In this document: positions 44,701 through 57,609 of the stretch, in pieces | Numbering within the stretch: the stretch's first letter is position 1 | Layout of the letters: each line of letters begins with the position of its first letter | NCBI GenBank assembly: GCA_963770895.1 | Contig: CAVYRF010000001.1 | Coordinates: 928,001 to 992,000 of the forward strand | DNA length: 64,000 nt | Direction: 5' to 3' | From: an uncultured Acidobacteriota bacterium | Lineage (GTDB): Bacteria > Acidobacteriota > Thermoanaerobaculia > Multivoradales > UBA5704 | Made by a program: the position numbers and the translations under genes | Notes under the pieces: generated by a model | Database searches by the model: none | Seen by the model: the letters and a program-made list of their open reading frames with translations, nothing else | What the model was told of the DNA's origin: nothing

Positions 44701-47700
44701 GCGCCGGCGGCACCTGTGCCGCTGCCGGTCGTCGATCTCGGCGGGTTGGCCGGCGTGGCCGGCGGGGCGGCGGCCGAGGCGGCGCGGCTGGCGGCCGCCG
44801 AGGCGCGCCGCGCCTTCGATCTCGGCCGCGACCTGCCGCTGCGCGCCTGCCTGCTGCGGCTGGGCGGCGGCGAGCACCGCCTCCTCCTGACGCTGCACCA
44901 CATCGCCGCCGACGGCTGGTCGCTGGCGCTGGTCGCCGGCGAGCTGGGGCCGCTCTACGCCGGCGCGGCGCTCGCCACGCTGCCGCTGCAGTACGCCGAC
45001 TACGCGGCCTGGCAGCGGCGGGCGATGAGCGGCGCGGCGCTCGCGCGGCAGCTCGACTACTGGCGGCGGCAGCTGGCGGAGCTGCCGCCGCTGGAGCTGC
45101 CGGCGGATCGGCCGCGCCCGGCGGTGCCGCGGCAGCGCGGCGCGGTCCTCCCCTGGCGATTGCCGGCGGAGCTCGGCGACCGCCTGCGGCAGCTGGCGCG
45201 GGAGGCCGGGGCGACGCTCTTCATGACGCTCCTGGCCGGCTTCCAGGAGCTGCTCGCGCGCCACGCCGGGCAGGACGACTTCGCGGTCGGCGCCGCCGTC
45301 GCCAATCGCGGGCGGCGCGAGATCGAGGGTCTGGTCGGCCTTTTCGTCAATACCCTGGCGCTGCGCACGGGGGCCGGCGGCGACGGCGCCGCCGGCTTCG
45401 CGGCGCGGGTCGCCGCGACGCGCGAGACGACGCTCGCCGCCTACGCCCATCAGGACGTGCCGTTCGAGCGCCTGGTCGAGGAGCTGCAGCCGGCGCGCGA
45501 CACCCGCCGCGCGCCGCTCGTCCAGGTCATGCTGCTGTGGCAGAACACGCCGCTGCCGGCCCTCGCCCTGCCGGGCCTCGCGGCGTCGGCCGCCGCGATC
45601 GACAACGGCAGCGCCAAGCTCGATCTGCTGCTGTCGCTCGAGGACGAGGCGGGCGCCGTCGCCGGCGCCTGGGAGGTCGATACCGACCTCTTCGACGTGG
45701 CGACGATCGCGCGCTTCGCCGAGCGCTTCCGCTGCCTGCTGGCGGCGGCCGCGGCGGAGCCACGGCGGCCGCTTGCCGAGCTGCGCTGGTTCGACGAGGC
45801 GGAGCGGCGCGAGATGCTGGCCGCGGGGCAGGCCGCTCCGGCAGCCTGGCAAGCAGAGCGGCCGGTGCGGGCGCTGGTTGCCGAGCAGGCAGCGCGTGCT
45901 CCCGAGGCGGTGGCGGTGACCGCCGCCGGTGAGCGAGCGCTTTCCTATGGCGCGCTCGACGCCGCGGCCGCCCGCCTGGCCGGCGTGCTGCGGCGGCGCG
46001 GGGTCGGCCCCGAGGTGCGCGTCGGCGTCTGTCTCGACCGCGGCCCCGAGCTCCTGGTGGCGCTCCTCGCGGTGCTCGAGGCCGGCGGCGCCTATGTGCC
46101 GCTCGATCCGGCCCATCCGCCGGCGCGCCTCGCGGCGGCGATCGCCGATGCGGCGCCGCGGCTCGTGCTGGCCGCGCGCCGCCACCGCGCGCTCCTGGCC
46201 GGCGCAGCGGTCTACGACATCGAGGAGGCGCTGGCGGCGCCCGGCGGTGCCCCGCTGAGCACCGCGGCCGCCGGCGCGGCGCCGGCTGATCGCTGCCTGG
46301 ACGGGGCGGCGTACGTGATCTTCACCTCCGGTTCGACCGGCCGTCCCAAGGGGGTGGTGGTGACGCATCGCGGGCTGAGCAACCTGCTGCTCGCGATCCG
46401 CGACCTGGGGGCGGTGGTGCCGGGCGAGGCGCTGCTGGCGGTGACCACGCTCGGCTTCGACATCGCCGGGCTCGAGCTCTTCGTGCCGCTCGTCACCGGC
46501 GGCACGGTGGCGCTCGCGGCGCGCGAGGAGAGCGCCGAGCCGGCGCGGCTGCGGGCGCGGCTCGCCGATCCGCGCATCGCGGCAATGCAGGCTACCCCGG
46601 CCACCTGGCACATGCTGCTCGACGACGGCTGGCGCCCGCGGCGTGGGTTCCATGTCCTCTGCGGCGGCGAGGCGCTGCCGGCGGCGCTGGCGGCGGCGCT
46701 TCTCGCGCCCGGCGCGGCGCTGTGGAACCTCTACGGGCCGACCGAGACCACCATCTGGTCGACCGCCCTGCGTGTCGCGCCGCACGTGCCGCGAGGAGCG
46801 ATCGTGCCGCTCGGCGCGCCGCTCGCCCACACCACCCTGCGAGTGCTCGACGGCGGCGGCGAGCCGGTGCCGCTCGGTGTCGCGGGCGAGCTCCACATCG
46901 GCGGCGCCGGTGTCGCCCGCGGCTACCTCGATCGTCCCGACCTGACGGCCGAGCGCTTCGTCCCCGACGCCTGGGGCGCCGCCGGCGCGCGTCTTTACCG
47001 CACCGGCGACCGCGTCTGCCGGCGCTCCTCCGGCGCGCTCGAGTTCCTCGGCAGGCTCGACCACCAGGTGAAGCTGCGCGGCTTCCGTATCGAGCCGGCA
47101 GAGATCGCGGCCGTGCTGCGCGACTCACCGGGTATCGGGGAGGCGGTCGTCGTGCTGCGCGAGGACGTTCCCGGCGGTCCGCGGCTGGTGGCCTACGTCG
47201 TGCCGGCGGCGCCGGCGGGCGCGGGGAAGGTGCCGGCCGCGCCGGCGGATACCGCCGCGGCCGAGCTGGCGGCGGCGCTGCGCCGGCGCTGCCGCGAGCG
47301 GCTGCCGGCCCAGATGGTGCCGGCGGCGTTCGTGGTGCTGCCGCGGCTGCCGCTCACCCCCAACGGCAAGCTCGACCGCCGGGCACTGCCGGCGCCGGCG
47401 GCGCCAGCGTCGCCGGCAGCGGGGGAGCGCGGCAGCGCGGCTGCCGTGGCGGCGACGCCGCTCGAAGAGATCGTCGCCGGGCTGTGGGCGGACGTCCTGG
47501 GGCGCGAGCGCGTCGGCATCGAGGACGATTTCTTCACCGACCTGGGCGGTCACTCGCTCCTCGCGACGCAGGTGGTGGCGCGGCTGCGCGAGCGGCTGGG
47601 GTACGAGCTGCCGCTGCGCTCGCTCTTCGAGGCGCCGACGGTGCGCGCCTGGGCGGGGCGGGTGGCGGCCGCGGCGGAGGTGGGGGAGGACGCCGCGCTC

Positions 47701-50700
47701 GCAGCGGCGCCGCCGCGCCTCGAGCGGCGGCCGAAGGCGGCGCCTGGAGAGCCGCCGGCGCCGCTGCCGCTGTCGTTCGCCCAGGAGCGCCTCTGGTTCC
47801 TGGAGCAGTTGGCGCCGGGGCTCCCGGTCTACAACCTGCCGCTCGCGGTGCGCCTCTCCGGCCCGCTCGACCGCGCCGCGCTCGCCCGTGCGCTGGCCGC
47901 GGTGGTGGCGCGCCACGAGGCGCTGCGCACCCGCTTCCGCTTCGCCGGCGGGCGGCCGGTGCAGGAGGTGGCGCCGGCGCTGGCGATCGACCTGCCGGGC
48001 GCGCCGCTGCTGGCGCTGCCGCTGGTCGATCTCACCGGCGTTGCGGCGCCCGCGGGTGCGACGGCAAGCGCGACCGCGCCAGGCACGGCGGCGGCCCTCT
48101 CGATGCCGGCAAGCACGGTGGCGGCGCGGCTCGCGGCGGCCGAGGCGGCACGGCCTTTCGATCTCGAGATGGCGCCGCTGCTGCGCGCGACGCTCGTGGC
48201 GCTGGCCGCGGGCGAGCACCTGCTGCTCCTGACCCTGCACCACATTGCCGGCGACGGCTGGTCGTTCGGTGTGCTGCTGCGCGAGCTGGGTGCGCTCTAC
48301 GCCGGCAGGGTGCTGCCGGAGCTGCCGGTGCAGTATGCCGACTATGCCCTGTGGCAGCGGCGATGGCTGCGCGGCGCGGTGCTCGACGGCCAGCTCGCCT
48401 TCTGGCGGCGCCAGCTCGCGGAGCTGCCGGTGCTCGACATGCCGGCCGACCGGCCGCGGCCGCCGGCACAGGCGCACCGCGGCGGGCAGGTGCCGATCGC
48501 GGCGCCGGCGGCTCTGCTCCCGGCGCTCCGGCAACTCGGCCGCGCCGCCGGGGCGACGCTCTTCATGACCCTCCTGGCCGGCTTCCAGGCCCTGCTCGCG
48601 CGCTGGAGCGGGCAGCGCGACCTGGCGGTGGGGACGGCGGTCGCCAACCGCCGGCGCCGCGAGCTCGAAGAGCTGATCGGATTCTTCGCCAACACCCTGG
48701 TGCTGCGCGCCGACCTCGCGGCGGCGGCGGACTTCGCGGCGCTCCTCGCGCAGGTGCGCGCGACGACGCTCGACGCCTATGCCCACCAGGACGTGCCGTT
48801 CGAAAAGCTGGTCGAGCAGCTGCGCCCGACGCGCGACACCGGCCGCAACCCGCTGGTGCAGGTGATGCTCGTGCTGCAGAACGCGCCGCTGGCGGTGCCG
48901 CCGCTGCCGGGGTTGACCGCGGCCGCCGCGGCGGTCGCCGGCCACGGCGCGATGTTCGATCTGTCGCTGCTGCTGACCGAGGACGTGGACGGCGGGCTCC
49001 GCGGCGTGCTCGAGTACGACGCCGATCTTTGGGACGCGGCGACGGCGGAGCGCCTGGCGGACCACTTCCTGCGCCTGCTGGCGGCGGCCGCGGCGGCCAC
49101 GGAGGGGGCGACGGCGCCGCTCGCCGATCTGCCGCTGCTGTCGCCCGGCGAGCTGCGGCAGGTGGTCGAGGAGTGGAACCGGACGGCGCGCGAGCCGCGG
49201 CCGGCGGCGACTCTGCACGCGCGGGTCGCGGCGCAGGCGCGGCGCACGCCGGCGGCGGTGGCGGTGGTCCACGGCGGGCGGCGGCTCACCTACGGCGAGC
49301 TCGCCGACGCGGCGGGCGTCCTCGCCGGGCGGTTGCGGCGTGCCGGCGCCGGCGCCGGGCGGATCGTCGCGGTGAGCCTCGAGCGCTCCGCGGAGATGGT
49401 GGTGGCGCTGCTCGGCGTGCTCGCCGCGGGCGCAGCCTACGTGCCGCTCGATCCGGCCTATCCCGCCGAGCGGCGGGCCTGGGTCTTGGGCGATGCCGGC
49501 GCCGCCCTGGGGGTGACCTCGACGCGGCTTCAGGCGCAGGTCGCGGGCGACAGTGCGGTGGTGCGCTGGCTGTGTGTCGACCAGCCGGAGGAGGAGGCGG
49601 TGGCCGGCCCGGGTGGCGCGGCGGCGGTGGCATCGGCGGCGTTGGCGGCGGCGATGGCGTCGGCGGCCAGCGGGTGGCGGGAGACCGATCCCAGCGAGCT
49701 GGCGTACGTGATCTACACGTCGGGGTCGACGGGGCGTCCGAAGGGTGTGGCGATCGCGCACGAGAGCGCCTCGGCGCTGCTCGACTGGAGCGCGGCGACC
49801 TTTCCGGACGCGGCGTTGGCGGGGGTTTTGGCGAGCACCTCGATCAGCTTCGACCTGTCGATCTTCGAGCTGTTCGGCACGCTGGCGCGCGGCGGCACGG
49901 TGGTGCTCGCCGAGACGCTGTTCGATGAGGCAGCATGGGACTGCGGCTGGCCGGTGACGTTGGTGAACACGGTGCCGTCGCTGCTCGATTCGCTCCTGGC
50001 CGGCCGGCCGCTGCCCGCGAGCGTCCAGGTGGTGAACCTGGCGGGCGAAGCGCTGCCGGCGCGGCTGGTGGAGCGGCTGCGCGCGGCGCTTCCCGACGCG
50101 GTGGTGATGAATCTCTACGGTCCGTCCGAGGCGACGACGTATTCGACCTGGGCGCGGGTAGGTGGGGAGCCGGTGCCGCCGATCGGTCGGCCGGTCGCGG
50201 GGACTTGGGGCTACGTGCTCGACGGGGCGATGGCGCCGCAACCGGTGGGCGTACCGGGGGAGCTGTACCTGGGGGGCGCGGGCCTGGCGCGCGGCTACCT
50301 GGGCCGGCCGGAGCTGACCGCCGAACGGTTCCTGCCGGACCCCTTCGGTGATCAGAGGGGTAAGACGGGCTGGGGGGGCCAGGGGAGCCGGGGGGGCGAG
50401 CGTCTCTATCGCACCGGCGACCGGGTGCGCTGGCTTCGGGGGGGCGTGCTCGAATACCTGGGGCGGCTCGACGACCAGGTGAAGCTGCGCGGCTTCCGCA
50501 TCGAGCCTGGTGAGGTCGAGGCCGCGCTCGCCGGGCACCCGGCGGTGCGCGAGGCGGCGGTGGTGGTGGTGCGTCAGGACGCGGCGGGAGAGCGGCGGCT
50601 GGTGGCGTACGTCGCCCTCGCAGAGGCCGGTGAGCGGGCCGCCGCCGCGGGTGCCGCGGGCAATGGGAATGCCGCCGGCGCGAGCGCCGGGGACGCGGCC

Positions 50701-51198
50701 GCCGCGGAGCTTCGCCGCTACTGCCGCGAGCGCCTGCCGGCGCACCTGGTGCCGGCGGCGTTCGTGATGCTGCCGCGGCTGCCGCTCACCGCGAGCGGCA
50801 AGCTCGACCGCCGCGCCCTGCCTGCCCCCGAGGCTCCCGAAGCGGCGCTCGCCGGCCAGTTCGTGGCGCCGCGCAACGAGCTCGAACGCACCGTCGCCGC
50901 GATCTGGCAGGAGGTGCTGGGGGTCGAGCGGGTGGGCACCCGTGACAACTTCTTCGATCTCGGCGGCCATTCGCTGCTCCTGGTGAGCCTGCGCGACCGG
51001 CTGCGCCAGCGGCTGGGGCGCGACTTCACGCTGGTCGATCTCTTCCGCCATCCGACCGTCGCCGCCTTCGTGGACGCGCTGGCGCAGCCGGTCGCGGCCG
51101 AGCTGCCGCGCGGCGACATTGCGACGCGCGCCGCGCAGCGCGAGGCGGCGATGCGCGATCGGCGCTCGTTCCGGCCCGGCTCGAAAGGTGGGCGATGA
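32698..51198 (+). CDS. NRPS, 6166 aa: C-ACP-(C-A-T)x5 (Ser-clade variant, Leu, Gln-like, Gly, Ala)
   Basis: ATG at 32698. The first C is followed directly by an ACP-type carrier (LALDSL). Pocket codes read by eye: DVVHLGLVDK, DAWFLGNVVK, DAWQAGFIDK, DILQLGLIWK and DLFNNALTYK. No E or MT domains seen. Confidence 0.95.
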   Translation: MTASEVAAPPAAGAATAAAGEEAFVFPLSLAQERLWFVDQMSPGLAAYNIPLAVRLCGRLDRAALAAALAGVVRRHETLRTRFGVDDGQPVQVIAPETAAPPAAAAGAAVLPEVDLRALGAAKAAAEAARLAAAAAAAPFDLPRGPVWRARLLRTAAAEHVLLLVLHHIAGDRWSLGVLLAEVAALYVGRPLPPLPLQYADFAVWQREALAGGELGRQLAHWRERLAGAAPLVLPADWRRPARARHRGAVVRGDLPPALADALRQRGREAGATLFMTLLAGFVVVLAQHAGEDDLVVGTAVAGRARRELEGLIGFFVNTLPLRVDLAGEPTFGELVARVRAVALDAFAHQDVPFDRLVEEMRPSGGLGGGGAAPPLVQVTFLLQNTPLPELRLPGVELAEMSLPSRFAKFDLAVSAVEEAGGGVSVHWELDADLFLPAGVERLARQFRTLLAAAVAAPHLAVWDLPLADQAETAALLAAWNRDLRLPVGVAPPLSAPSAPSAVSETEELASWLCTAAATAAGVAAARVAPDMPWSRLALDSLAAVELRHEIAAHTGVEVELADLLDAASADHLAAAILARQQEERSGAAPSTAAMAGVAAVATAAWPEPSPPGSELPLAAGQRALWLIHQLAPASGAYHIAAAFRVLAPLDDAALRRAVATIARRHAALRSTFHARGGEPYQTIQPEMPPEWREIDATGLALAGLGERLADEAWRPFDLARGPLVRLVWLRGAAGGDRLLFVVHHLVADFTSLAVAAAELGALYGLAAPPPPPPPPPAVSYEQFVRWQAAALAGERLERLWAFWSAALAGAPAALDLPADRPRPPAPSYRGGVERARLPGGAGSLALLAGAGAGAGAGERAATPFVALAAAWMGLLHRTTGDEDLLVGTATAGRPGPRAAAVVGYFANPVVLRARPRGDQPFSALLAELRETTLAAFAHQDLPFPLLAERLHPERDAARSPVFQVSLALYREPGGAAAPAALAAISGIAGIAAGAPDVPLDLGGLRLASLALDERWAPFDLSLRAAEVAGDLVLALQFSRDLFDAVTARRLLDHLVRLLAAAAARPASRLAELPLLAAAERWQLLGEWAETATATARAVGLPHLVAEQAARTPDAVAVVATAGRHLSYGELDRRAAGLARRLAAHGVGLDSRVGLHGERSPELVIGALGILRTGAAFVPLDPELPPARLAFQLGDAVGAGGVVLAADAPAGPPWDAMRVLPLALRADGSAGAPGAGEVPPDGLAYVLYTSGSTGTPKGVMNSHRGIVNRLLWGKTVFPLTAADRVAQKTPATFDVAVVELFSPLVQGACLVQARAGGHREPAYLARWLVEQAITVAHFVPSLVLELLAERALPRAGALRRLLVGGEAMARQLALGVEQRLAARLYNLYGPAEAAVDTVTWPCRDQAAARPVPLGWPVANTRAYVVEHGGEPAPLGIAGELWLGGPQLGRGYLGRPALTAERFVPDPWAAAAGTAGARAYRTGDRVRRRWDGALEFLGRLDFQVKVRGVRIELGEIEAALVAQPEIAAAAVRLAGEAATARLVAFVVAARGASVPAAAELRRRLRQTLPDAMLPARCVTLAALPLTPHGKRDHAALALLAAAPARPAGDAGDVFEGGEGGAAWEAPRGAVEELLAALYAELLPDLAPGEIGRDANFFALGGHSLLAARLAARAGQALGCELPLAAVWSAATLADLARAAAALRAAGVAELAPLVPVPREGELPLSFAQERLWFIDRLEPATAHYNLAAALAVHGALDRRALARAVAALAVRHEVLRARFPAPLGRPVQAIAATPAAAPLPLVDLAALPPAARAAELDRRMRDEARRPFDLARGPLLRCLLLHAAPGEHRLLVTLHHIVADGWSVGILERELGDLYAAGAGSRTPPLPVLPLQYADFAVWQRRSLTDAVAAGEAAWWRERLAAAPADLALPFDRPRPAVPRRYGASVPVALPPAVAATVGEWARRQRLTPFMALLAALQALLARYSGQPAIAVGAPVAGRQRAELEPLVGCFVNTLVLVGEVDDDPPFADLLTRTRQAVLAALAHQELPFERLVELLAPERRVGRQPFFQVLLAVEDARPAGLTLAGLRVARLPPAHVTAKADLALTVAGDTAGFRGALDYDRELFDPPTAARLAAHWTTLIAAAAAHPGRRLSELPLLSPGERAQVVGEWNDTAPAAADAAHAANAANPADSAAWLPVPAQVAARARRAPDAAALVQAGRVVSYGALYAAASSLAARLRACGVGPETTVALCAERSAELAVGLLAVLLAGGAFVPLDPAQPAARLGRLLSDARPRAVLTRRGLRDRLPPACDAPVIELDAVLAPQDVARPDAPPAPLAPADAEPAATPAAAPPAAPGQLAYVIYTSGSTGQPKGVEVSHAAFANLVAWHRRAWALAAGTQASWLSGVGFDASVWELWPALAAGGTLHLPDDATRLAPEALRDWLVARQVGIAFAPTALAAALVESPWPRATALAVLLTGGDRLAARPPAGLPFALINNYGPTEGTVVATAGRVPPRTVAAPAPPTIGRPIRGVAVRLLDPALRPVPIGVAGELCIAGLGLARGYRGRPELTAGRFVPDPLGSAGARLYRSGDLGRWLAAGEIEFLGRRDQQIKLRGHRIEPAEIEAVLTAHPAVRQAVVLAVGEGGARRLVASVEGVQGAVSAADLRAHLRAALPEAMVPARLVFVERLPLTVNGKLDRRAVAVEHAAALAVTGGGGGGADQAAAAGADGTGGAPRGPVEELLAGVWADLLGIEAAAIGRQADFFALGGHSLLATRLAALVERAIGVEMPLAAVFAAPTLAGLAARIAAAHDATLPPLPPLPALPPLIAAGRGGPREEGGELAAAFAQERMWLLDRLAPASGAYHIATALAAAGALDVAALRSALDAFAGRHETLRTTFAERDGRLLQVIAPPSAQALPVIDLTAATAGAAAELHRLVRAEAARPFDLARGPLLRVTLVRRGTRDQVLLVTLHHIIADAASVAVMLRELGVLYDAAQARGADHGGVVPVLAPLPIQYADYALWQRGWLRGELLAGEVAWWRERLAGLPPELPLPWDRPRPAVPRRAAHLARRPLAAAAALAALARAHGATLFMTLLAAFQVLLARLGGGDDVPVGTPVANRTRPEVEGLVGLFVNTLVLRGDLAAAPAFDAFLARTRDAALAAYAHQEVPIEKLVEALAPVRDAGRQPLFQVLFTLEEAPLAGLRLGGVALAPLAAAPAPAKFDLTLAVTRQGGELTATLELDGDRFDAATGELLADCFATLVAGIAGIAGIAAAPAPGVDALPLLDTAARRAVLAAAEGERVRRPARGLHELFEAQAARTPDAVALVDADRHLTYQALDEWGNLLAHRLARVGVGADARVGICAERSAAMSAALLAVLKAGGAFVPLDPDHPPERLAGEIAESEARVVLVTAAVAARLPRLPAGTVVLRIAAPPPSPASERAALPRRAALPAALAYVIFTSGSTGRPKGVMVSHGAILNHELFVAERYPLNAGDTALQITPFSFDAALWELFTPLAAGARLVVARPGGHRDPSYITRLAAAEGATVLQLVPSMAAPLLDDPGIAACRALRLVACGGEPLPGELADRLMARLGVALVNFYGPTECAIDATSWPCRPGEGRRRVVPIGLALPNVRAHVLDDGLAPLPVGAPGELCVGGACLARGYVGRPELTAERFVPDPWSARPGERLYRTGDRVRRLRGGEIEYLGRRDAQVKVRGARVELGEIEAVLLAMPGVSEAAVVMAGDQDARRLVACVVPAAGAAGDDGGGGGGGRPGELAAALRRHCREQLPEYMLPQAFVVLARLPRLPSGKLDRRAAAAAAAGAVADESAASADGAPHTPYEEIVAGLWAEVLGRQRVGVEADFFADLGGHSLLAAQVVSRMRERLGVEVPLRALFDAPTVRGLAAVALRTSEMAATAAIAVPLLARRAGEEPAALSFAQERIWFLTQLTPGLTAYNMPLALTLHGDLAVPALARALAALTARHEVLRTRYAALGGPPVQVVAPAAPVPLPVVDLGGLAGVAGGAAAEAARLAAAEARRAFDLGRDLPLRACLLRLGGGEHRLLLTLHHIAADGWSLALVAGELGPLYAGAALATLPLQYADYAAWQRRAMSGAALARQLDYWRRQLAELPPLELPADRPRPAVPRQRGAVLPWRLPAELGDRLRQLAREAGATLFMTLLAGFQELLARHAGQDDFAVGAAVANRGRREIEGLVGLFVNTLALRTGAGGDGAAGFAARVAATRETTLAAYAHQDVPFERLVEELQPARDTRRAPLVQVMLLWQNTPLPALALPGLAASAAAIDNGSAKLDLLLSLEDEAGAVAGAWEVDTDLFDVATIARFAERFRCLLAAAAAEPRRPLAELRWFDEAERREMLAAGQAAPAAWQAERPVRALVAEQAARAPEAVAVTAAGERALSYGALDAAAARLAGVLRRRGVGPEVRVGVCLDRGPELLVALLAVLEAGGAYVPLDPAHPPARLAAAIADAAPRLVLAARRHRALLAGAAVYDIEEALAAPGGAPLSTAAAGAAPADRCLDGAAYVIFTSGSTGRPKGVVVTHRGLSNLLLAIRDLGAVVPGEALLAVTTLGFDIAGLELFVPLVTGGTVALAAREESAEPARLRARLADPRIAAMQATPATWHMLLDDGWRPRRGFHVLCGGEALPAALAAALLAPGAALWNLYGPTETTIWSTALRVAPHVPRGAIVPLGAPLAHTTLRVLDGGGEPVPLGVAGELHIGGAGVARGYLDRPDLTAERFVPDAWGAAGARLYRTGDRVCRRSSGALEFLGRLDHQVKLRGFRIEPAEIAAVLRDSPGIGEAVVVLREDVPGGPRLVAYVVPAAPAGAGKVPAAPADTAAAELAAALRRRCRERLPAQMVPAAFVVLPRLPLTPNGKLDRRALPAPAAPASPAAGERGSAAAVAATPLEEIVAGLWADVLGRERVGIEDDFFTDLGGHSLLATQVVARLRERLGYELPLRSLFEAPTVRAWAGRVAAAAEVGEDAALAAAPPRLERRPKAAPGEPPAPLPLSFAQERLWFLEQLAPGLPVYNLPLAVRLSGPLDRAALARALAAVVARHEALRTRFRFAGGRPVQEVAPALAIDLPGAPLLALPLVDLTGVAAPAGATASATAPGTAAALSMPASTVAARLAAAEAARPFDLEMAPLLRATLVALAAGEHLLLLTLHHIAGDGWSFGVLLRELGALYAGRVLPELPVQYADYALWQRRWLRGAVLDGQLAFWRRQLAELPVLDMPADRPRPPAQAHRGGQVPIAAPAALLPALRQLGRAAGATLFMTLLAGFQALLARWSGQRDLAVGTAVANRRRRELEELIGFFANTLVLRADLAAAADFAALLAQVRATTLDAYAHQDVPFEKLVEQLRPTRDTGRNPLVQVMLVLQNAPLAVPPLPGLTAAAAAVAGHGAMFDLSLLLTEDVDGGLRGVLEYDADLWDAATAERLADHFLRLLAAAAAATEGATAPLADLPLLSPGELRQVVEEWNRTAREPRPAATLHARVAAQARRTPAAVAVVHGGRRLTYGELADAAGVLAGRLRRAGAGAGRIVAVSLERSAEMVVALLGVLAAGAAYVPLDPAYPAERRAWVLGDAGAALGVTSTRLQAQVAGDSAVVRWLCVDQPEEEAVAGPGGAAAVASAALAAAMASAASGWRETDPSELAYVIYTSGSTGRPKGVAIAHESASALLDWSAATFPDAALAGVLASTSISFDLSIFELFGTLARGGTVVLAETLFDEAAWDCGWPVTLVNTVPSLLDSLLAGRPLPASVQVVNLAGEALPARLVERLRAALPDAVVMNLYGPSEATTYSTWARVGGEPVPPIGRPVAGTWGYVLDGAMAPQPVGVPGELYLGGAGLARGYLGRPELTAERFLPDPFGDQRGKTGWGGQGSRGGERLYRTGDRVRWLRGGVLEYLGRLDDQVKLRGFRIEPGEVEAALAGHPAVREAAVVVVRQDAAGERRLVAYVALAEAGERAAAAGAAGNGNAAGASAGDAAAAELRRYCRERLPAHLVPAAFVMLPRLPLTASGKLDRRALPAPEAPEAALAGQFVAPRNELERTVAAIWQEVLGVERVGTRDNFFDLGGHSLLLVSLRDRLRQRLGRDFTLVDLFRHPTVAAFVDALAQPVAAELPRGDIATRAAQREAAMRDRRSFRPGSKGGR
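48986..50820 (+). repeat. Copy 2 of near-identical end-of-C + Ala A-domain segment (copy 1 at 22735-24480)
   Basis: Direct sequence comparison by eye; same DLFNNALTYK pocket. Confidence 0.9.
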
Positions 51199-54100
51199 AG
51201 AGCGCCGGCGCGGCGCCCCCGGTGCCGACGGAGAGGCTCGACGCGGAGGACGCCCTCGCCGGCCTCGACCCGGATCTTGGCTCGGCGATCGCGGTCGTCG
51301 GCATGAGCGGGCGCTTCCCGGGCGCGGCGAGCGTCGCCGAGCTGTGGGACAACCTGCGCGCCGGCCGCTGCGGCATCCGCTTTCTGAGCGACCAGGAGCT
51401 GGCGTCTGCGGGGGTCGGCGCGGCGGAGCGCGACGACCCCACCTACGTGCGTGCGGCGGGGGTGTTGGGCGGCGCCGATCTGTTCGACGCCGGGCTCTTC
51501 GGCCTGACGCCGCGCGAGGCGGAGGTGATGGACCCGCAGCTGCGGGTGTTCCTCGAATGCGCCTGGGAGGCGCTGGAGGACGCCGGGCACGACCCCGAGC
51601 GCTTCCCCGGCTGGATCGGCGTCTATGCCGGCGCGGCGCTCGGCAAGTACTTGTGGCTCAACGTCGGGCGCCACCCGGAAGCGCTGGCCGCGGTCGGCAC
51701 CTTCCAGGCGATGATCACCAACGACAAGGATTTCCTCGCCACCCAGGTCAGCTACCGCCTGAACCTGCGCGGTCCCAGCATCGGCGTGCAGACCGCCTGC
51801 TCGACGTCGCTGGTCGCGGTGCACCTCGCCTGCCAGGGTCTGGTGAGCGGCGAGTGCGACATGGCGCTCGCCGGCGGCGTCGCGGTGAGCGTGCCGGAGC
51901 TGCGCGGCTACCGCTTCCAGCCGCGCTCCATCACCTCGCCCGACGGTGTCTGCCGGCCTTTCGACGCGCGGGCGGCGGGGACCATCCGCAGCAACGGTGC
52001 CGGGGTGGTGGTGCTGCGGCGGCTGCGCGACGCGCTGGCCGACGGCGACCGCGTGCTGGCCCTCTTGCGCGGCTCGGCGATCAACAACGACGGCGCCGCC
52101 AAGGTCGGCTACACCGCGCCCTCGGTCGGCGGCCAGGCGGAGGTGATCGCCGCGGCGCACGCGGTGGCGGGGGTGAGCGCGGAGAGCATCGGCTACGTCG
52201 AGGCGCACGGCACGGCGACGGCGCTCGGCGATCCCATCGAGGTGGCGGCATTGACGCAGGCGTTTATCGCCGGGGGCGCCGGGGGCGCCGGGGGCGCCGG
52301 CGACCCAGACGGCACCCGCGGCCCCGGTGGCGACGGCGCTCCCCGGAGCCGCGGGCTGTGCGCCCTGGGCTCGCTCAAGGGCAATCTGGGCCACCTCGAC
52401 GCGGCGGCCGGGGTTGCCGGCCTGATCAAGACGGTGCTCGCGCTGCAGCATGCTGAGCTCCCGCCCAGCCTCCATTACGAGACGCCCAACCCGCGCATCG
52501 ACTTCGCCGCCAGCCCGTTCTACGTCAACGCCCAACTGCGCCCCTGGCCCGCGGGGGAGACGCCGCGCCGCGCCGGCGTGAGCTCGTTCGGCATCGGCGG
52601 CACCAACGCCCACGTGGTACTGGAAGAGGCGCCGCCGATGATGGGAGCAGCGGGAGCGGCGGGAGCGGTGGCCGCGGCGGCCGGCAACGGTGAAGACGTC
52701 GCCGCCGGCGGCGACGCCTGGCAGGTGCTGGTGCTCGCGGCCCGCGACGAAACCGCGCTGCGTGCCGCGGCAGAGCGCCTGGCGCGCCACCTGACGCAGC
52801 AGGAGGAAGCGGCGGCGGACGGCGGCGGCGCCCCCGATCTCGCCGCGGTCGCCTACACCCTGCAGGTCGGACGCCGCGCCCTGGGCTGGCGCTGGTCGGC
52901 GCCGGTGCGCGGCATGGCCGAGGCGCGCGCCCGCCTCGTCGAGCTGGCGGTGGGAGACGTGGCGGCGACCGCCCCTCCCGCAGCGCGGCCGGCGGTGGCG
53001 TTCGTCTTTCCCGGCCAGGGTGCGCAGTTCGCCGGCATGGGTGCCGAGCTCTACCGCGAGGAGCCGGTCTTCCGCGCCGCGGTGGAGGAGTGCTGCGATT
53101 CCCTCGGGCCGGCGCTCGGCGGCGAGGTGCGGCGCTGGTTGACGATGGACGTGGCGGCGGGCGCCGGCGGCGCCGCGCCGGCGGACGGCGGCGACACCGC
53201 GGCGGCGCTCGATCAAACCTGGCTCACCCAGCCGGCGCTCTTCGTCTGCGAGCACGCCCTGGCCCGTCTCTGGATGAGCTGGGGGGTGACGCCTACGGCG
53301 CTTCTCGGCCACAGCGTCGGTGAGCTGGTGGCGGCGACCCTGGCCGGTGTCCTGACGCTGGCGGACGCCCTCCGCCTGGTCGCGGAGCGCGGCCGCCTCA
53401 TGCACTCCCTGCCGCCGGGCGCCATGCTGGCGGTGACGCTCGGCGAAGAGGCGCTCCTGGCGCGCCTGCCGGCGGAGCTCGACCTGGCGGTGGTGAACGG
53501 TCCGCGGCAGTGCGTGGCGGCCGGCCCCGAGCCGGCGGTCGCGGCGTTCGCGGCGGCGCTGGCCGAGGCGGGAGTGGCCGCACGCCGCCTGCGCACCTCG
53601 CACGCCTTCCATGCGCGCGGCATGGAGCCGATCCTCGACGAGCTGCGGCGTGTCGCGGCGGCGCTGCCGGCCGGCGAGCCCGCGCTGCCCTGCGTGTCGA
53701 GCCTGAGCGGCGATTGGGCGCGCCCCGGCGAGCTCGCCGACCCCGGCTACTGGGTGCGTCAGGCGCGGCAGACGGCGCGCTTCGGCGACGCCCTCGCCCG
53801 CCTGCTCGCCGAGCCCGGCCGCATCCTCCTCGAAGTCGGCCCGCGCCAGGGTCTCGCCCAGCTCGTGCGCCAGCTCGCCGCGGAGCCGGCCGCCGCGCAG
53901 CCGGCGACCGCAGCAGCGCCGACCGCGGCGGTGCTGACTGCAGCGGCAGCGACAGTGCCGGGGTCGACTGCAGCCGAGCCGATCGCGGCGGGGTCGACGT
54001 CAGCGGCGCCGATCGCAGCCGAGCCAACCGCAGCGATGACCCCGGCTGGCGCCGCCATAGCGGTTTTTTCCGGGCTGCGGCAGGCGCCCGCCGGTCACCG

Positions 54101-57100
54101 GGTCGCGGGCGGCCGGGAGCAGGTGCTGCGCACCCTGGGAGCGCTCTGGCAGCACGGCGTGGTGGTCGACTGGCCAGCCCTACACCGCGGCGCGCGGCGG
54201 CGCCGGGTGGCGCTCCCCACCTACCCCTTCGAGCGGCGCCGCTACTACCTGCCGACCGCCGAAGAAGAAGAGGCTTCCGGCGGAGGTGCGGCAGCGATAT
54301 CCGGCGGGGAGGGGTTGGTGGCAGGCGGCGGGGAGCTGGCGGCGACCGATCGGGGCGCGGTGGCGGCCGGGCATGCCGCCACGCCCGCGGGCGGCGCCGC
54401 TGCGCGGCGGGCGCTGCGCGACTGGTTCTACCTGCCGTCCTGGGAGCGCACGCTGCCGCCGCCGCCCGTAACGACGGTGGCGCCGCCCGCGGACGCGGCG
54501 CCCGGCCGCTGCCTGGTCCTGGCCGACCGCCACGGATTGGGCGCCGCGCTGAGCACGGCGCTCGCCGCCGGTGGCTGGCAGATCACGACCGTCGAGGAAG
54601 GCGAGGAGTACGCGGCAGACGGCAACGGGCGCTACCGGCTGCCGCCCGGCGACGGGGACGCCTGCCGGCGCCTCTGGCAGGAGCTGGCGGCGGGGCCGGG
54701 CCTGCCGCACCGCGTGCTGCACCTGTGGAACGTGGCGCCCGATGACGGCGCGCCGGATGACGAAGCCTCCGACGTTGACGCGCCGGACTGCGTAGCGCCC
54801 GAAGTTGGCTCGTCGGCCGACGCAGCGCCCGACGTTGGCGCGCCGGACGGCGCAGCGCCCTACGACGGTGTCCCCGGCAACGGTGCTCTCGGCAACGGCG
54901 CGCCCTGCGGCGACCCTCCCGACGACGAACCGGAACGCAGCACGGCGGCGCTCGCCGCCGGCCTCGACCGCGCCTTCTACAGCCTGCTCCACCTGGCGCA
55001 CGCGCTCGGCCACCACGCCGCGGCGCTTGCCGCCGGAGCCGGGGTCGAGGTTACCGTGGTCGCCGACCGGCTGTATGCGATCGAAAGCGGCGACCGGCCG
55101 CGGCCGGTGGCGGCGACGCTTCTCGGGCCGTGCCGCGTCCTGCCGCAGGAGCTGCCGGGTGTGCGTTGCCGGGTGATCGACCTGGACCCGCGGCTGCCGC
55201 CGGCGCGCCAGGCGGCGCGCTGCCTGGCGGAGATCGCGGCGCCGGACGGCGATCCGGTGGTGGCCTGGCGCGGGCCGCACCGCTGGGTGCCAGCCTGGAA
55301 GGCGGCGCCGCTCCCCGCAGCGGCGCCGGGCGGTGGCGCAGCGACGGCCGGCGGTGGCGCAGTGGTGGGCGCGGGCGCCCACCTGATCACCGGCGGGCTG
55401 GGCGGCCTGGGATTGGAGGTCGCGCACCTGCTGGCGGCGCGCGGCGGTGCGCGCCTGGTGCTCCTCGGGCGCACGGAGCTGCCCGAGCGCGCGGTGTGGG
55501 AGGCCTGGGTGGACGGCCATCCAGGGGCGGGTCGCACGAGCGCCACCCTCCGCCGCCTGCTCGCCCTGGAGGAGCAGGGCGCCGAGCTGTTGATCCTCGC
55601 CGGCGACGTCACCGACGCGGCGCGCATGGTCGAGGTGCGGCGGCTCGCCGAGGCGCGCTTCGGTCCCCTCGACGGCATCTTCCACGCCGCGGGCGTGCCG
55701 GGCGGCGGCCTGCTGCAGACCCGGTCCGCGGCGCGCGCCGCCCAGGTGCTGGCGCCCAAGGTGCAGGGCACGGCGGTTCTGGCGCGGGTGTTCGGCGGTC
55801 CCGGAGCTCCGACTGGTCCCGGCATTCCTCGCGGCGCCGGCGGTTCTGGCACCGCCGTTGGGCCGGGTGGTCCAGGGAGTCTCGCCATTCCAGGCGGCCC
55901 CGGCGGTCCGGCCGGCTCCGGTGGTTCGTCCGGCTTGGACGGTCAGGTCGGCCCCGGCGCTCCCGGCAGTCGGGCGCTGCCGCGGCTCGTCCTCTGCTCG
56001 TCGCTCGCCGCCCTGACCGGCGGCATCGGCCAGGCGGACTACGCGGCGGCCAACGCCTTCCTCGACAGCTTTGCCGCCACCGCGGCAGCCGCGGGTGACG
56101 GACCGGCGCGAGTCGTCGCCATCGCCTGGGACGCCTGGCAGGAGGTCGGCATGGCGGCGGCGGCCGAGGTCCCGGCGGAGCTGCGCGAACAGCACTCTCG
56201 CGGCCTCGCGGAGGCGATCACTCCCGCCGAAGGGCGCCAGGCGCTCGCCCGCATCCTGGCGAGCGGCGCGCCGCAGATCGCGGTGTCCACGGTGGCGCTC
56301 GCCCCACGCCTCGCCGCCGCGGCGCGCTGGCGCCTGACGGCGGCGCTTGCGGGCACGGCCGCGGACGGGGCAGCGCCGGGAGCCGCCGATCGCCGCGCCC
56401 GCCATCCGCGGCCGGCGGCGCTGGGCCCGTGCCTGCCGGCGGCGGCACCGCTCGAAGCACGCCTGATCGAGATCTGGCAAGCGCTCCTGGGCATCGAGCC
56501 GATCGGCCGCGACGACGATTTCTTCGAGCTCGGCGGCCATTCGCTCCTCGCCATCCAGCTCGCCGCCGCCCTGCGCGCCCAGCTTGCCGTGGAGGTGCCG
56601 CTCGACACACTGGTCGGCGCCGCCACCCCGGCGGCCCTCGCCGCCGCCCTGGCGCCCGCGGCGGGCGGCTCCGTCGCCACGTCCGACGCCGCGAGCGCCC
56701 GCCCGGCCGGCGACCGTTCATCGGCCGCAGCGCCTGCCAGCTACGCTGGCGCTGCCGCTGTGCCCGCCGCGCCGCGCCTTGCCGCCCTGCAGGCGGCCGG
56801 GTCGCAGCTGCCTTTCTTCTGCGTCCACCCCGCCGGCGGCAACACCTTCTCGTACCGCGAGCTCGCCGCCGCCCTGGGGCGCGAGCGGCCGTTTCATGCG
56901 ATTCAGTCCGACGGGCTCGACGACGAGCTGATCGCCGGCCTCACCATCGAGACGATGGCGGCGCGCTACGTCGCCGCGGTGCGCGGCGTCCAGCCTGCCG
57001 GCCCCTACCATCTGGGCGGCTGGTCGATGGGTGGTCTGGTCGCCTACGAGATGGCGCGTCAGCTCGCCGCCGCGGGCCAGGCGGTGGCGCTGCTGGTGCT

Positions 57101-57575
57101 GTTCGACACCCGCGCCCGCACCCGCACCGGCGACGTCGACGAGCTGCCGGAGGACGACGTGGAAATCCTCTTTGCCCTCTACGGCGACGATCTCGGATTG
57201 ACGCTCGCCGAGCTCCAGGCGCTCCCCGCCGCCGCGCTCCTGCCGTTCGTCGTCGAGCGCGGCCACAGCGGCGGTTTTCTCGCGCCCGACTTCGGCGTCG
57301 AGCAGGCGCGCCGTCTGCTCGCGGTGTACAAGCGCAACCGCCGCCTCATGTGGGATTACGAGCCGCGCCCCTATCCCGGCTCCCTCGTCCTGCTGCAGGC
57401 CCGCGACCGCCGGCGCGGCGAAGCCGCACCCTTCGGGCTCGGCTGGGATCTCTTCGCGCGCGGCGGCCTCGACGTCGAGATCGTCCCTGGCAACCACAAC
57501 AACCTGATGGCCGCGCCCCGTGTCGCCGCGGTCGCCGCCGCCGTCGCGCGCCGTTTCGCCGCCCTCGTGCCCTGA
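51195..57575 (+). CDS. Terminal type I PKS module KS-AT-KR-ACP-TE
   Basis: KS triad intact. AT has GQG, GHSVGE and HAFH (malonyl). KR has GGLGGLG and YAAAN. ACP has GGHSLL. TE has GWSMGG and GNH. Confidence 0.96.
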   Translation: MKSAGAAPPVPTERLDAEDALAGLDPDLGSAIAVVGMSGRFPGAASVAELWDNLRAGRCGIRFLSDQELASAGVGAAERDDPTYVRAAGVLGGADLFDAGLFGLTPREAEVMDPQLRVFLECAWEALEDAGHDPERFPGWIGVYAGAALGKYLWLNVGRHPEALAAVGTFQAMITNDKDFLATQVSYRLNLRGPSIGVQTACSTSLVAVHLACQGLVSGECDMALAGGVAVSVPELRGYRFQPRSITSPDGVCRPFDARAAGTIRSNGAGVVVLRRLRDALADGDRVLALLRGSAINNDGAAKVGYTAPSVGGQAEVIAAAHAVAGVSAESIGYVEAHGTATALGDPIEVAALTQAFIAGGAGGAGGAGDPDGTRGPGGDGAPRSRGLCALGSLKGNLGHLDAAAGVAGLIKTVLALQHAELPPSLHYETPNPRIDFAASPFYVNAQLRPWPAGETPRRAGVSSFGIGGTNAHVVLEEAPPMMGAAGAAGAVAAAAGNGEDVAAGGDAWQVLVLAARDETALRAAAERLARHLTQQEEAAADGGGAPDLAAVAYTLQVGRRALGWRWSAPVRGMAEARARLVELAVGDVAATAPPAARPAVAFVFPGQGAQFAGMGAELYREEPVFRAAVEECCDSLGPALGGEVRRWLTMDVAAGAGGAAPADGGDTAAALDQTWLTQPALFVCEHALARLWMSWGVTPTALLGHSVGELVAATLAGVLTLADALRLVAERGRLMHSLPPGAMLAVTLGEEALLARLPAELDLAVVNGPRQCVAAGPEPAVAAFAAALAEAGVAARRLRTSHAFHARGMEPILDELRRVAAALPAGEPALPCVSSLSGDWARPGELADPGYWVRQARQTARFGDALARLLAEPGRILLEVGPRQGLAQLVRQLAAEPAAAQPATAAAPTAAVLTAAAATVPGSTAAEPIAAGSTSAAPIAAEPTAAMTPAGAAIAVFSGLRQAPAGHRVAGGREQVLRTLGALWQHGVVVDWPALHRGARRRRVALPTYPFERRRYYLPTAEEEEASGGGAAAISGGEGLVAGGGELAATDRGAVAAGHAATPAGGAAARRALRDWFYLPSWERTLPPPPVTTVAPPADAAPGRCLVLADRHGLGAALSTALAAGGWQITTVEEGEEYAADGNGRYRLPPGDGDACRRLWQELAAGPGLPHRVLHLWNVAPDDGAPDDEASDVDAPDCVAPEVGSSADAAPDVGAPDGAAPYDGVPGNGALGNGAPCGDPPDDEPERSTAALAAGLDRAFYSLLHLAHALGHHAAALAAGAGVEVTVVADRLYAIESGDRPRPVAATLLGPCRVLPQELPGVRCRVIDLDPRLPPARQAARCLAEIAAPDGDPVVAWRGPHRWVPAWKAAPLPAAAPGGGAATAGGGAVVGAGAHLITGGLGGLGLEVAHLLAARGGARLVLLGRTELPERAVWEAWVDGHPGAGRTSATLRRLLALEEQGAELLILAGDVTDAARMVEVRRLAEARFGPLDGIFHAAGVPGGGLLQTRSAARAAQVLAPKVQGTAVLARVFGGPGAPTGPGIPRGAGGSGTAVGPGGPGSLAIPGGPGGPAGSGGSSGLDGQVGPGAPGSRALPRLVLCSSLAALTGGIGQADYAAANAFLDSFAATAAAAGDGPARVVAIAWDAWQEVGMAAAAEVPAELREQHSRGLAEAITPAEGRQALARILASGAPQIAVSTVALAPRLAAAARWRLTAALAGTAADGAAPGAADRRARHPRPAALGPCLPAAAPLEARLIEIWQALLGIEPIGRDDDFFELGGHSLLAIQLAAALRAQLAVEVPLDTLVGAATPAALAAALAPAAGGSVATSDAASARPAGDRSSAAAPASYAGAAAVPAAPRLAALQAAGSQLPFFCVHPAGGNTFSYRELAAALGRERPFHAIQSDGLDDELIAGLTIETMAARYVAAVRGVQPAGPYHLGGWSMGGLVAYEMARQLAAAGQAVALLVLFDTRARTRTGDVDELPEDDVEILFALYGDDLGLTLAELQALPAAALLPFVVERGHSGGFLAPDFGVEQARRLLAVYKRNRRLMWDYEPRPYPGSLVLLQARDRRRGEAAPFGLGWDLFARGGLDVEIVPGNHNNLMAAPRVAAVAAAVARRFAALVP
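51285..52636 (+). repeat. KS copy 2, near-identical to KS copy 1 (28211-29502)
   Basis: Direct sequence comparison by eye. Confidence 0.9.
53895..54040 (+). repeat. Degenerate 15-nt tandem repeat inserted in frame near the end of the PKS-2 AT
   Basis: Encodes [40 protein letters not shown]. Confidence 0.75.
54735..54929 (+). repeat. Degenerate 15-nt tandem repeat (13 units) inserted in frame in the PKS-2 KR structural subdomain
   Basis: Encodes [65 protein letters not shown]. Confidence 0.8.
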
Positions 57576-57609
57576 GGACGGACGCAAAGGGGCGAGGAGC
57601 GGGCGGCGC

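Noticed and set aside
53895-54929. 15-nt periodic repeats as a CRISPR-like or non-coding array
   Set aside because: Units are degenerate, have no spacers and lie in frame within the PKS; no cas genes are present.
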